This document shows, in pieces, positions 1 to 8,799 of a stretch of 24,177 bases of DNA. How positions within the stretch are numbered: the stretch's first letter is position 1; the number at the start of each line of letters is the position of its first letter. The translations under genes and the position numbers were made by a program. Source of the DNA: an uncultured virus (IMG/VR IMGVR_UViG_3300011258_000929) (lineage: Duplodnaviria; Heunggongvirae; Uroviricota; Caudoviricetes). The notes under the pieces are model-generated. The model was not told where the DNA came from, did not search any database, and saw nothing but the letters and a program-made list of their open reading frames with translations. Location: the IMG/VR virus record IMGVR_UViG_3300011258_000929; one strand, written 5' to 3'.

Positions 1-2
1 AA

Positions 3-149
3 AGAATTGTAGAGGTTTACTGCGGAATATGTAGTGCTAGGTTTATTGGCCCTATTAGACAAGCAGGTGGATTCATTGCAGGACATGAAGCGTTTCATGC
101 TTGGGAATTTAAAATTGCTATGAATGCAGAAGACGGAATGGTGGCTTAA
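3..149 (+). CDS. 3' part of a small C2H2-like zinc-binding protein (truncated by window start)
   Basis: Hand translation of frame 3: RIVEVYCGICSARFIGPIRQAGGFIAGHEAFHAWEFKIAMNAEDGMVA*; CxxC-x17-HxxxH; TAA abuts the next ATG at 150. Confidence 0.6.
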   Translation, partial: RIVEVYCGICSARFIGPIRQAGGFIAGHEAFHAWEFKIAMNAEDGMVA

Positions 150-704
150 ATGGGTAGAAGTGGAGAATGGTTTTCTAGAACAGAAGAAGAAAGTATTCGT
201 AGAGCCGAAGCCCATTGGGAATATCAAGAACAAATCGCTACTGCTAGGAACGACATTATTCCTTTCTTGCAGGGTGTTTGGACTAATCTACATCAAGAAT
301 GGGGTGACGATGCAATACATACTAAAGCAATACAAGAAGCACTATGGAAGGCTTCTACTGAAATGCTTCCTAATTTAGAAGTACAGATAGTAATAGATGC
401 TAATAATAGAGCGCATATCGCATCCGGTTCTTCCGGCTTTGTAAGTTTCTTGAAACAACCTAAAGGATTGACATTGCCTGTTCGATGTTGGTATCATACT
501 CATCCTTTTGGTTCGGCTTATTTTAGTGGTACTGATTGGGGTACAGTAATACCTTGGACTCCTAGAATGGAGTGTGCCTATGTTGTTGGCGGTGAAGACC
601 ATTATGGATATTGGTCTAATGTCCGACCTAATGAATTAGAGATTAAGAAAAAGGATGGTTCTTGGAGTATTCAATACTATGCTAAAGTAGGTGAAGAAGA
701 ATGA
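150..704 (+). CDS. JAMM/MPN+ (JAB) zinc metalloprotease
   Basis: HTHPFGSAYFSGTD is an exact H-x-H-x7-S-x2-D JAMM motif; candidate catalytic Glu upstream (NLEVQ). Confidence 0.85.
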   Translation: MGRSGEWFSRTEEESIRRAEAHWEYQEQIATARNDIIPFLQGVWTNLHQEWGDDAIHTKAIQEALWKASTEMLPNLEVQIVIDANNRAHIASGSSGFVSFLKQPKGLTLPVRCWYHTHPFGSAYFSGTDWGTVIPWTPRMECAYVVGGEDHYGYWSNVRPNELEIKKKDGSWSIQYYAKVGEEE

Positions 705-1006
705 ATGATGCAACTAAAGCAATACAAAAACTAAGAGAGAAACAAGAACAAATGATGGCAGAAGCACAAAGAATGACTTTGCGCGCTGACAAACTAAAGA
801 AGGTAGCGGACTTCCAAACGAACTTCCGTGACCGCCGATGGGTTGTTGATGCGCTTGACATAGATGGATTGATTGCTCGCAGTATGGTGCTAAGAGATAC
901 CGAAAGCGGTATTCTTGTTCGCGCATCTTTTAACATTGACCTTGAGATAATCGCTGACGGCTTTGAACATACTGTCAAGGGTTTCATAGGAGGCGAAGAA
1001 GAATGA
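701..1006 (+). CDS. hypothetical protein with N-terminal coiled coil
   Basis: 101-aa ORF, ATGA-coupled at both ends, GGTGA RBS. Confidence 0.7.
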   Translation: MNDATKAIQKLREKQEQMMAEAQRMTLRADKLKKVADFQTNFRDRRWVVDALDIDGLIARSMVLRDTESGILVRASFNIDLEIIADGFEHTVKGFIGGEEE

Positions 1007-1227
1007 TTGACACAGACAAATACGAAGGACATGATAATTGGGAAGGCACTAAAGTCAATATGGCTAACGAGGCAAATAAATTACTCATCGCAGACGCACC
1101 ACTTCTCCTTGAAGAAGTCAAGCGGTTGCGTTCAATTGCAGATGATTTGTATGCTTACATTGTAAGTGATGCAGGTATTTCACTAAAGATAATTGAAGAA
1201 CAGATGGATTGGAGAGAGGAAGAATGA
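1003..1227 (+). CDS. hypothetical viral protein
   Basis: 74-aa ORF, GGAGG RBS, ATGA overlap; LIADAPLLLEEVKRLR resembles a helix motif common in small phage proteins. Confidence 0.7.
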   Translation: MIDTDKYEGHDNWEGTKVNMANEANKLLIADAPLLLEEVKRLRSIADDLYAYIVSDAGISLKIIEEQMDWREEE

Positions 1228-1234
1228 TTGACAC

Positions 1235-1242
1235 TTTAAATA
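1235..1242 (+). promoter_or_regulatory. possible archaeal TATA box upstream of groES-groEL
   Basis: TTTAAATA ending ~24 nt before ATG 1266; AT-rich background weakens the call. Confidence 0.3.
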
Positions 1243-1265
1243 CTGTTAAAGACGGTGGTAAAAAT

Positions 1266-1484
1266 ATGAAAGCGGTTGGAGAATGGGTAGTTATTAAGAA
1301 AGACAAGACAACAAGTGCCTCCGGCATTATCTCGATTGGAGATAACATTGGAGTAGTGCATGATTGTTCTATTGATAAAACCTTGATAGGAAAGAAGGTA
1401 GTGTTCAATGCCGAAGACAAACACTTTACTTATGAAGAATATACCTTTGTAGATTATTCTAAAGTCTATGGGTTGGTTCTATGA
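1266..1484 (+). CDS. groES: GroES-like co-chaperonin (Cpn10), compact; alternative start at 1224
   Basis: MKAVGEWVVIKK...SASGII...GKKVVF...VYGLV follows the Cpn10 pattern; GGTGGT RBS; coupled to groEL. Confidence 0.75.
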   Translation: MKAVGEWVVIKKDKTTSASGIISIGDNIGVVHDCSIDKTLIGKKVVFNAEDKHFTYEEYTFVDYSKVYGLVL

Positions 1485-2992
1485 TTCTACATGGAGAAGA
1501 AGCACGAAAGAAAATCCTTGAGGGTATTAATCTAGTGGCAAATACAGTCAAGCCCACTTTAGGGCCACAGGCTAGAACAGCCATACTTCAAGGAAATCCT
1601 CCTGTAGTTATTAATGACGGAGTTACTATCTCTAAATATGTATCTAGCAAAGACCCTTATGTTCAAATGGGTGTTCAACTTGTTCAAAATCTAGCGAGCA
1701 AAGCACAGTCTAAAGCAGGAGACGGCACTACTACCGCATGTGTATTAGCACAGGCTCTTTGTAACAACATGTCCGAAGAAGAACTAAAGAACATAACATC
1801 TACTAGACAGAAACTACAAGAAGACAGAGACACTATCCTAAGAAACTTAGACAAGTATTCTAAACCCGTTAAGGATGAAGACATTGGTAAAATTGCCACG
1901 ATTGCATCAAATAACGATGAAGAACTAGGTTTGATTATTTCGGAAGTATTCAAAGAAGTGGGTAGAGATGGAGTAGTAAGCGTAGAAGAAGGACACGGCT
2001 TACATACTGAATATGAAATTAGAGAAGGACTAGAATTAGATAAAGGATTTATCACACATCTATTTGCTAATCAAGACAATGGAGATTGTTTATTAGAGAA
2101 ACCATTGGTATTTGTAACAAACAGAATAATTCGTAAGTTTCAAGACATTCTTCCGGCATGTGAATATGCGGCAAAGGAAGGAAGACCATTGTTCTTAATT
2201 TGTAGAGATTTACAAAACCTAGCCCTTCAAAACATTCTAGCCAATGTCATACAGGGTCGCCTTAACATTGGTGTTATTCAAGCACCCAATTACGGAGACA
2301 GTCAATTGGATGAGTTAAAGGATATTACTGCTATTGTAGGAGGCCGAGTTTATTCGGATGAGGCTGATGATGACCTTCGTATTATCAATGAAGAATCATT
2401 TGGCTCATGTGATAGAGTTGTTATAGACCAACTAAAGACTACTATAATTGGAGGAGACGGTGGTAATGTCGAAGAAAGAATAGCCACACTTAGGAATATC
2501 TATGAATTAGGTACGAATGATTGGGCTAAAGAGAGCATCTCTAATAGAATTAGTAAGTTGAAGGGAGGAGTAGCCGTAATCAAGGTTGGAGCAGGTTCAG
2601 CAGTTGAAATGAGAGAGACTAAAGAAAGACTTGACGATGCTCTTAATGCAACTAAAGCCGCACTAGATGGTGGCTATATTGTCGGTGGTGGGTTGTCTAT
2701 CATCAAAGCATCTGTTGGTCTAGGTCTAGGTTCAACAACTATGGCATCAATGTTTGCTCCACTAAACACCCTTTTAGAAAATAGTAATGCTGACATTGAC
2801 GAAGTATTCGGAGACATGATATACGAAATACAAAAAGACATTGGGTTCAATGCCAAGAATGGTAAAAAAGAAAACCTTCTCAAAGCAGGTATTATTGACC
2901 CTACGAATGTAACAAAGAGTAGTCTAAGTGCGGCCTTCTCGATTGCACTAATGTTTTTAACTACAGAAGTAGCGGTTCTAATTGAGGAATAA
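1481..2992 (+). CDS. groEL: Group I chaperonin GroEL (Cpn60)
   Basis: TLGP, INDGVTI, AGDGTTTA, GGVAVIKVGA, ERLDDALNAT and GIIDP motifs; no GGM tail. Confidence 0.95.
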   Translation: MILHGEEARKKILEGINLVANTVKPTLGPQARTAILQGNPPVVINDGVTISKYVSSKDPYVQMGVQLVQNLASKAQSKAGDGTTTACVLAQALCNNMSEEELKNITSTRQKLQEDRDTILRNLDKYSKPVKDEDIGKIATIASNNDEELGLIISEVFKEVGRDGVVSVEEGHGLHTEYEIREGLELDKGFITHLFANQDNGDCLLEKPLVFVTNRIIRKFQDILPACEYAAKEGRPLFLICRDLQNLALQNILANVIQGRLNIGVIQAPNYGDSQLDELKDITAIVGGRVYSDEADDDLRIINEESFGSCDRVVIDQLKTTIIGGDGGNVEERIATLRNIYELGTNDWAKESISNRISKLKGGVAVIKVGAGSAVEMRETKERLDDALNATKAALDGGYIVGGGLSIIKASVGLGLGSTTMASMFAPLNTLLENSNADIDEVFGDMIYEIQKDIGFNAKNGKKENLLKAGIIDPTNVTKSSLSAAFSIALMFLTTEVAVLIEE

Positions 2993-2994
2993 TT

Positions 2995-3393
2995 ATGAAA
3001 AGAGCCGTCACAGTGACACTACCCGCTCCATATGCGGCAAACATATTATGCCCAATATGCGAAGGCAATAAGTGTAAAATATGCGAGATGTCCGGCAAAT
3101 TGAGCATTAAAGTAGCACCTAAAATACCAATACAAAGGGCGCACATCATCAAATATGTTGTAGACAATTTAACAGATGTCGCCTCGGAGATAACTAAAAT
3201 GTACGGTTTAGTTCCCGAAATAAATACTAGAGAAGTAATTGAATTAGGGTCTTCTCAATACGAAGTGGTTCAAATATCTAGTTTAGGCGGTGCTTGTTGG
3301 GTAGTAAACTGTTTAACGGAATTAGAAGTACCTAGATATTTCTTAAATAGAAAAGAACTTCAAAAATTTAAGGAGGGAAACTTCATTGAGTGA
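2995..3393 (+). CDS. zinc-finger protein
   Basis: CPICEGNKCKICEMSG; GAGG RBS. Confidence 0.7.
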   Translation: MKRAVTVTLPAPYAANILCPICEGNKCKICEMSGKLSIKVAPKIPIQRAHIIKYVVDNLTDVASEITKMYGLVPEINTREVIELGSSQYEVVQISSLGGACWVVNCLTELEVPRYFLNRKELQKFKEGNFIE

Positions 3394-3598
3394 TGACAAA
3401 GAAGGTTTGGTTTTCAACAATCAAATAGTAAGAAACGAAATAGATTCTTTGAAGGTTCACTCCGGCAAATACTATTCAATAGATGTCTTAGACATTAGAT
3501 GGTATAAGGACGACAAACCCACTCGAAAAGGAGTTCGTCTAAACAAAAAAGAAGCAAAGATTCTCTTGAATATATTAGAGGAAGTTTTAGGTGATTAG
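3386..3598 (+). CDS. PC4/Sub1-like ssDNA-binding protein
   Basis: VLDIRWYKDDKPTRKGVRL matches the PC4 pattern (DIRxxY...PTKKGISL); TTG start with GGAGG RBS. Confidence 0.75.
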   Translation: MSDDKEGLVFNNQIVRNEIDSLKVHSGKYYSIDVLDIRWYKDDKPTRKGVRLNKKEAKILLNILEEVLGD

Positions 3599-3949
3599 AT
3601 GAAACAATTAAGAAAAAGAATGAAGCCCAAGCAATTTGCTGTTTGGTGTATTAACGCTGAAAAGAAAATGCCAAGTGTTCACACGGAAGCATTCAAAGAA
3701 CTTTGGCCGACAATACAAAACACCAACGATACTACTAGAGGGGCATTTATTGTTCATTGGAGTATGGTTATGGGTGGTACAATAAATGAAGTATCAATGC
3801 CAATTACTATTGGTACATTGACTTACTTACAACTAGCGGCCATGTTTATAGAAAGAGATGATTTGGTAGAAGTCTTGAACAGCATGATAGCAAACATTCC
3901 TAGGATTCGACATGAAATTGACGGAGGAATGGTAAATGAAGAGGAGTGA
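3599..3949 (+). CDS. hypothetical protein
   Basis: 116-aa ORF, GGTGA RBS. Confidence 0.7.
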   Translation: MKQLRKRMKPKQFAVWCINAEKKMPSVHTEAFKELWPTIQNTNDTTRGAFIVHWSMVMGGTINEVSMPITIGTLTYLQLAAMFIERDDLVEVLNSMIANIPRIRHEIDGGMVNEEE

Positions 3950-4160
3950 ATGGGATGAGTTGGCAAAGTATTTGTGGAAACTTTCTACGATGAAAAGCAA
4001 ACACTCTCAACCAATTAAAGATTTGATAGCAATGGTCTATCAAAACATATTCTACCAAGAAGAAATATACGAAGTGATTTTAGATGACAATGAGCAGACT
4101 AGCGAGACTATTAGAAACGACACAAGACTTAACCCCAACAGGGAAAACTCAAGCAATTGA
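3936..4160 (+). CDS. hypothetical protein
   Basis: 74-aa ORF, GGAGG RBS; tail overlaps the ligase start. Confidence 0.6.
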   Translation: MKRSEWDELAKYLWKLSTMKSKHSQPIKDLIAMVYQNIFYQEEIYEVILDDNEQTSETIRNDTRLNPNRENSSN

Positions 4161-5646
4161 TAGAGCATGGGAGAACTTTAACCCAATACTTCTAAGTAAA
4201 ATATTGACTTTAGACTTGAAGAATAACAACATCGGAATGCAGAAAGGAATTAAGTGGATTGCTAAGGCTTTCGACATATTCGATGATGAAGTGACTGCTC
4301 TTTATTCCGCATTTGAAGACATAGGCACAGCAACAATGTATTTAGAAAGTGATAAAGAAAAGGAAGAGGACTATAGTTTGAAACAAATAATTACAATGCT
4401 AGAGCATGATTGCATGGGTCATGCTAATTCATTCTTAATGATAAAAGAGATTCTACTTTCGCTGTCATCCTTAGAAAGAAAATGGTTTGTTCGCTACTGG
4501 CTAAGAAACCCAAATAACGGAATAGGTTTGGGGGTCATAACTAAGTCTATAGCAAAACACTACGGTAAGAAAGTCACTCAAGTAAAGAAGGACATGACTA
4601 TGAATAGTGTTGAGACAATAGTTACTCATTATGAAAATGGGACAAATCCTCCACTTAATCTAGTTCATGGTAAGTTTGTAAAACCAATGTTGGCAAAGGA
4701 AGTGGCAATTACAGAATGGCCGGAAGAACAAATAGTGGACTACAAGTATGATGGTAATAGGTATCAAATACATTTGAATTATACTATCCTTGGCCCATCA
4801 GTTATCATATTCAATAGAAAGGGAAAGGTTGTTACCACGCAATTCCCCGATGTGCAAAAGCAAATAGGAGATTATAACAGAAAGGAAAAATACCCGACTG
4901 GTTTTAATTGCATATTAGATGGAGAGATATACCCAATCAATAGAGACGGCTCTCCCGCTCCTCATAAGTTAATGGCTACTAGAGTCCATTCTAAAAACAA
5001 GGAAGAAGCAGTAGAAAAAGTCCCCGTCAAGTGGGTAGTATTCGATTGTTTGAAGTATAACAATGAAGTTTTAATTGACTTACCGTACAAGGAAAGACTT
5101 GAGAAGTTCAAAGAATTGCCCGACCAAGCACATAGAATGGAGGAAGGAGGAGATGCTCTAGCGTTTTACAACCAAGCAATAAGTCACGGTTTTGAGGGCA
5201 TTATTGTAAAGGATGCAAACATGGCTTATGAGCCTTCTAAGCGTTCAAAAGGTTGGGCTAAATACAAGCCACCTAGAATAGAATTAGATGTTGTTATACT
5301 TGGTGCTACTTATGGAGAAAACTCAAAGTCTTCTGTATTTAGCAGTTTTGAAATTGCGGTAAAGGACGGAGATGGGTTTGTTTCTTTAGGAAAAGTCGGT
5401 AATGGTTTTTCCGATATGGAGTTATTATCAATGACAGGTTCTCTTAGAAAAATAGTAGATGTTTATGAGAACGACATGTATCGTTTTCTTCCTAGAAAAG
5501 TAATTACCGTGACTGCTGATTTAATTACACAGAATAAAGATGGTTCTTTAGGTCTTAGATTCCCTAGAAAGACAAGGCTTAGAGACGATAAATATGTTCA
5601 AGACATTGACACTATTCAAACTGTTGAGAGATTGATGTTCGGGTGA
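4084..5646 (+). CDS. lig: ATP-dependent DNA ligase
   Basis: Motif I KYDGNR, III ILDGEI, IIIa VFDCL, IV EGIIVK, V WAKYK, VI LRFPR...RDDK; N-terminal DNA-binding domain. Confidence 0.95.
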   Translation: MTMSRLARLLETTQDLTPTGKTQAIDRAWENFNPILLSKILTLDLKNNNIGMQKGIKWIAKAFDIFDDEVTALYSAFEDIGTATMYLESDKEKEEDYSLKQIITMLEHDCMGHANSFLMIKEILLSLSSLERKWFVRYWLRNPNNGIGLGVITKSIAKHYGKKVTQVKKDMTMNSVETIVTHYENGTNPPLNLVHGKFVKPMLAKEVAITEWPEEQIVDYKYDGNRYQIHLNYTILGPSVIIFNRKGKVVTTQFPDVQKQIGDYNRKEKYPTGFNCILDGEIYPINRDGSPAPHKLMATRVHSKNKEEAVEKVPVKWVVFDCLKYNNEVLIDLPYKERLEKFKELPDQAHRMEEGGDALAFYNQAISHGFEGIIVKDANMAYEPSKRSKGWAKYKPPRIELDVVILGATYGENSKSSVFSSFEIAVKDGDGFVSLGKVGNGFSDMELLSMTGSLRKIVDVYENDMYRFLPRKVITVTADLITQNKDGSLGLRFPRKTRLRDDKYVQDIDTIQTVERLMFG

Positions 5647-5650
5647 TTGT

Positions 5651-5956
5651 ATGGATGAAGTTTCTAGTTTTATTGATGAATACGGTGCGGCGACTATTTT
5701 CGCATTCGAGATGATTGATGAATTAGACGAAATCCATATAGGAAAAATGGCATATGTTAATGGCTTAATGTTAAACAATAGAGGAGTAAATGTACCTCAA
5801 TTTGTTATTATAGAAGAACATGACACATGTAAAATACTAAAGTTTGTATTGGCAGGAGATGTTTCTAAACATTCCGACTTTATTTACATGAATATATCAG
5901 TTGGTTTTTTTGAAAGAAGGCACGAATATTTAGGGATGAGTGTAAATAATGTTTAG
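5651..5956 (+). CDS. hypothetical protein
   Basis: 101-aa ORF, GGTGA RBS. Confidence 0.6.
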   Translation: MDEVSSFIDEYGAATIFAFEMIDELDEIHIGKMAYVNGLMLNNRGVNVPQFVIIEEHDTCKILKFVLAGDVSKHSDFIYMNISVGFFERRHEYLGMSVNNV

Positions 5957-6365
5957 TAAAGAGGTCTTGATAGGAATAATAATTTCAAAGGCAGTATTTG
6001 AAATACACTTTTCTAGAACAGACTCTTCTAAAATAGGCTACAGCGTTTCTCCTTCGGTTTGCATAAGAGCCGACAAACGCTTTCTAAGAGACTTGGAAAG
6101 AAGCCTAGCCCAACACCAAATAAAATCAAAGTATCGAGAGATAGAGAGCATACAACGCTCAAAACCAATACTTAGAATAAAGGGTATCAAAAACACAGAC
6201 AAGTTGTTGAGAATGATACCCGACTATTATTCCGACGCAAATAGTAGTCTTAACACATATAAAGGAATTATACAACAACTTGTTAATAAAGAACACCTTA
6301 CTTTAGAAGGTTTAGAATCAATAATGAAAATAAGAGGAATTATAAATGGGATTGACGACGATTAA
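5949..6365 (+). CDS. single-motif LAGLIDADG-like protein, catalytic motif degenerate
   Basis: LIGIIISKA at the LAGLIDADG helix position; KIGYSVSPSVCI strand; C-terminal KEHLTLEGLESIMKIR typical of single-motif LAGLIDADG proteins. Confidence 0.6.
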   Translation: MFSKEVLIGIIISKAVFEIHFSRTDSSKIGYSVSPSVCIRADKRFLRDLERSLAQHQIKSKYREIESIQRSKPILRIKGIKNTDKLLRMIPDYYSDANSSLNTYKGIIQQLVNKEHLTLEGLESIMKIRGIINGIDDD

Positions 6366-7191
6366 AAAAGAAAGAACAATAGTGATTACTGGCAAACACG
6401 GAACTGGTAAGACGACTAAAGCACTAGAAATTATACCTAATGCTCTAGTGTACTATGCTAATGAAATGGATATCAAAGACCCCTCTTCATTGCCTAGAGA
6501 TAATGGTATAATAATTGAAGACTTACACTACAAACCTAAGAAAGAAATTATTATTGATGTTCTTAGAAAATACAGGGGTAAAATTGTTATGACAAGTTTA
6601 AATCAAAAATCAATACCCAAAGAAATTAAGAACATGATTAAGTTTAAGAGGGCAGGTAGTGTTTCACATCTAAGGGATAGTATTAGAGAAATAGCACCTA
6701 GAAGTGAAACTCCCTATCCATTTGAAAGAGATATGTTTTCTTTGGTGCAGGAGTATTTACAAGAAAGTGATAGAGATAAAATACTGGCACTATTGAAATA
6801 CAACAAGCCTTCGGACACTCAAATAATTAATTGGCTAGCCGTTAATCAACACCCCAATAAACTAGTTTTTATTGATGGTGTTGTTAAAAGACGATGGAAT
6901 GCTGACTATTTTTACGAAATGTTGGCATACAACCATAATGGTAAAGCCCTTGGAAGACCTAGAATGCCTCATCGAAAAACCTATTCTAAAGTCCCTTCTC
7001 TTTGTAGAAGACTAGGTATTAAAACTGGTGGAGAGAGACTGTTAAAGCAATTGATTGAAGACGAAGAGTTTAGAAAATATGCAAAAAAGAAACTAAACAA
7101 TGGAGAATGTAGACTCCTAGGCTTAGGCGAGAAAAGAAAAACAAAGCCTAAAGTTAAAAAAATAAAACAACTTAAATTAGGTGATTTTTAA
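6346..7191 (+). CDS. clamp-loader (RFC) large-subunit-like AAA+ ATPase
   Basis: Walker A GKHGTGKT, Walker B IIIED, C-terminal PIP-like QLKLGDF; near the RFC small subunit gene. Confidence 0.65.
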   Translation: MGLTTIKKERTIVITGKHGTGKTTKALEIIPNALVYYANEMDIKDPSSLPRDNGIIIEDLHYKPKKEIIIDVLRKYRGKIVMTSLNQKSIPKEIKNMIKFKRAGSVSHLRDSIREIAPRSETPYPFERDMFSLVQEYLQESDRDKILALLKYNKPSDTQIINWLAVNQHPNKLVFIDGVVKRRWNADYFYEMLAYNHNGKALGRPRMPHRKTYSKVPSLCRRLGIKTGGERLLKQLIEDEEFRKYAKKKLNNGECRLLGLGEKRKTKPKVKKIKQLKLGDF

Positions 7192-7433
7192 TGGCGGCTA
7201 ATGTAGTAGCAATTAGAAAAATGAAAGCATTCTTGGCAAGTGGGCCTAAGTCCACCGACCAAGTTTACAATCATTTGAACACTGAAATGAAATGGGGTGT
7301 ATCTATGTCCGAATTAGGTAGACTCCTAGCGAACCACGCTGAATTAGTAGGAATACAAAACAATACAGGGTATTGGAGGAATAAAAATGAAACACAAAAG
7401 AACACAAGCAATAATAGTAAAAATATTAAATGA
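7191..7433 (+). CDS. small winged-helix-like protein
   Basis: GPKSTDQVYNHL...SMSELGRLL pattern; GGTGA RBS. Confidence 0.55.
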   Translation: MAANVVAIRKMKAFLASGPKSTDQVYNHLNTEMKWGVSMSELGRLLANHAELVGIQNNTGYWRNKNETQKNTSNNSKNIK

Positions 7434-7650
7434 AGAAGGCGAAATGACTACAGGTCAAATATATGAACGATTAGTGAATTATCAAGCACATTCTTCTAAG
7501 ACTAGAAGAAAGAACAAACACATTAATGTTACAATGTGTTCACTAGGTCAAATCCTAAAAAGAAAGGACTTCCGAAAGGTAGGTTTTGTTGAAAGAGACT
7601 ACCGTAAAGGAATCAAAGCCCAAGTTATATGGGCGACTAAGGAGGAATAA
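7387..7650 (+). CDS. small basic winged-helix-like protein
   Basis: GEMTTGQIYERL...TMCSLGQIL...F.KVG...W pattern; GGAGG RBS; resembles the preceding ORF. Confidence 0.6.
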   Translation: MKHKRTQAIIVKILNEEGEMTTGQIYERLVNYQAHSSKTRRKNKHINVTMCSLGQILKRKDFRKVGFVERDYRKGIKAQVIWATKEE

Positions 7651-7652
7651 TA

Positions 7653-7877
7653 ATGTCAATTAAAGATAGAGCAATAGAAAAAATAGAAGAAATACATAAC
7701 AGATTAGTAGGTTACAAAGAACTACTTGAAAAACTGACTGATATAGAAATGATTTATGATGGCTTAGATTGGTTTGATGTTTACAAACCCCATCATATAG
7801 ATATTGAATTACCTAGAGCAATGTACGAAGTCGAATCTAAAATAGAACAATTAGAATCTAAGTTGGAGAGGATATAA
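7653..7877 (+). CDS. hypothetical helical protein
   Basis: 74-aa ORF, GGAGG RBS. Confidence 0.65.
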   Translation: MSIKDRAIEKIEEIHNRLVGYKELLEKLTDIEMIYDGLDWFDVYKPHHIDIELPRAMYEVESKIEQLESKLERI

Positions 7878-8785
7878 TGCTATGGACTGAAAAATATAGA
7901 CCAAGTAAATTAGGAGATGTAGTCGGACAAGAACACTTTGTCATGGATGCTACACATTGGGCAATAAACAAAGAGATGCCAAACCTACTAATCTATGGAG
8001 GTTCGGGAACAGGTAAAACTACCGTAGCCCTAGCCTTGGCAAATAGTGTCCTAGGTAAAGACACTCCAAGTAATTTCTTTGAAGTCAATGCTTCCGATGA
8101 CAGGAGACTAGAAACGGTAAGAACAAGAATAAAAGAAATTGCTCAAAGTGGTAAAATTGGAGATGTTCCTTTCCGAATAATCCTGTTGGATGAAATGGAT
8201 GGAATGACTAATGATGCTCAAGCGGCACTGAAAAGAATGATGGAGAGATATTCAAAGAACATTAGATTCATAATTACATGTAACAACCGAAACAAAATCA
8301 TCTATGCTTTACAGTCTAGATGTGCTAATTACCATTTCAAAAGAATAGGGTTTGAAGTTGTTGAAGAGGTAGTTGCCAAGATTCTCAATGATGAGGGGCA
8401 GTCCTTCAACGCTGATGAATTGAGACAGTTTATATATGCCTTTAACGGTGATTTAAGACGGACAATCACTGAACTTCAAGCCTCTATCGCAACGGGTAGT
8501 CGGTTGAGCGTTCAAGTTGAAAATGGACTCAAACAGTATGAAAAAATAATAATTGAAATAACAAATAAAAACCCAAATGAAGTTTTAACAAATCTACATG
8601 ATTTAATCTATGACGGATTCTCCATCAAGGAAATCTGTATAGGTTTACATGACTATGTTATTGCATCCGAGATGGATAGCAATACAAAATTAAAATTCCT
8701 GCGAGTAATTGGAGAAGGCGAATGGCGTTCCCTAAACATGACCCCGAAGTTACTCGCTTCATGGATGGTGGGAAACCTAATATAA
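7877..8785 (+). CDS. rfcS: replication factor C small subunit
   Basis: LWTEKYRP, GGSGTGKT, EVNASDDR, LLDEMD, SRC motif, GDLRR. Confidence 0.95.
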   Translation: MLWTEKYRPSKLGDVVGQEHFVMDATHWAINKEMPNLLIYGGSGTGKTTVALALANSVLGKDTPSNFFEVNASDDRRLETVRTRIKEIAQSGKIGDVPFRIILLDEMDGMTNDAQAALKRMMERYSKNIRFIITCNNRNKIIYALQSRCANYHFKRIGFEVVEEVVAKILNDEGQSFNADELRQFIYAFNGDLRRTITELQASIATGSRLSVQVENGLKQYEKIIIEITNKNPNEVLTNLHDLIYDGFSIKEICIGLHDYVIASEMDSNTKLKFLRVIGEGEWRSLNMTPKLLASWMVGNLI

Positions 8786-8799
8786 GGAGGAAAAAAAAT

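Larger units (their letters stand above)
693..1234 (+). repeat. Three gene-junction direct repeats
   Basis: GAAGAATGATTGACAC is exact at 998-1013 and 1219-1234; GAAGAAGAATGAATGA at 693-708 matches 995-1010 at 15/16. Confidence 0.8.

Noticed and set aside
7639..7650. AAGGAGGAATAA shared with the junction at ~19230-19241 as a cassette boundary
   Set aside because: The copies are 11 kb apart and explained by RBS plus stop consensus; they do not bracket a single gene
8429..8436. TTTATATA internal promoter within rfcS
   Set aside because: Lies in coding sequence ~370 nt before the next start; expected by chance in AT-rich DNA
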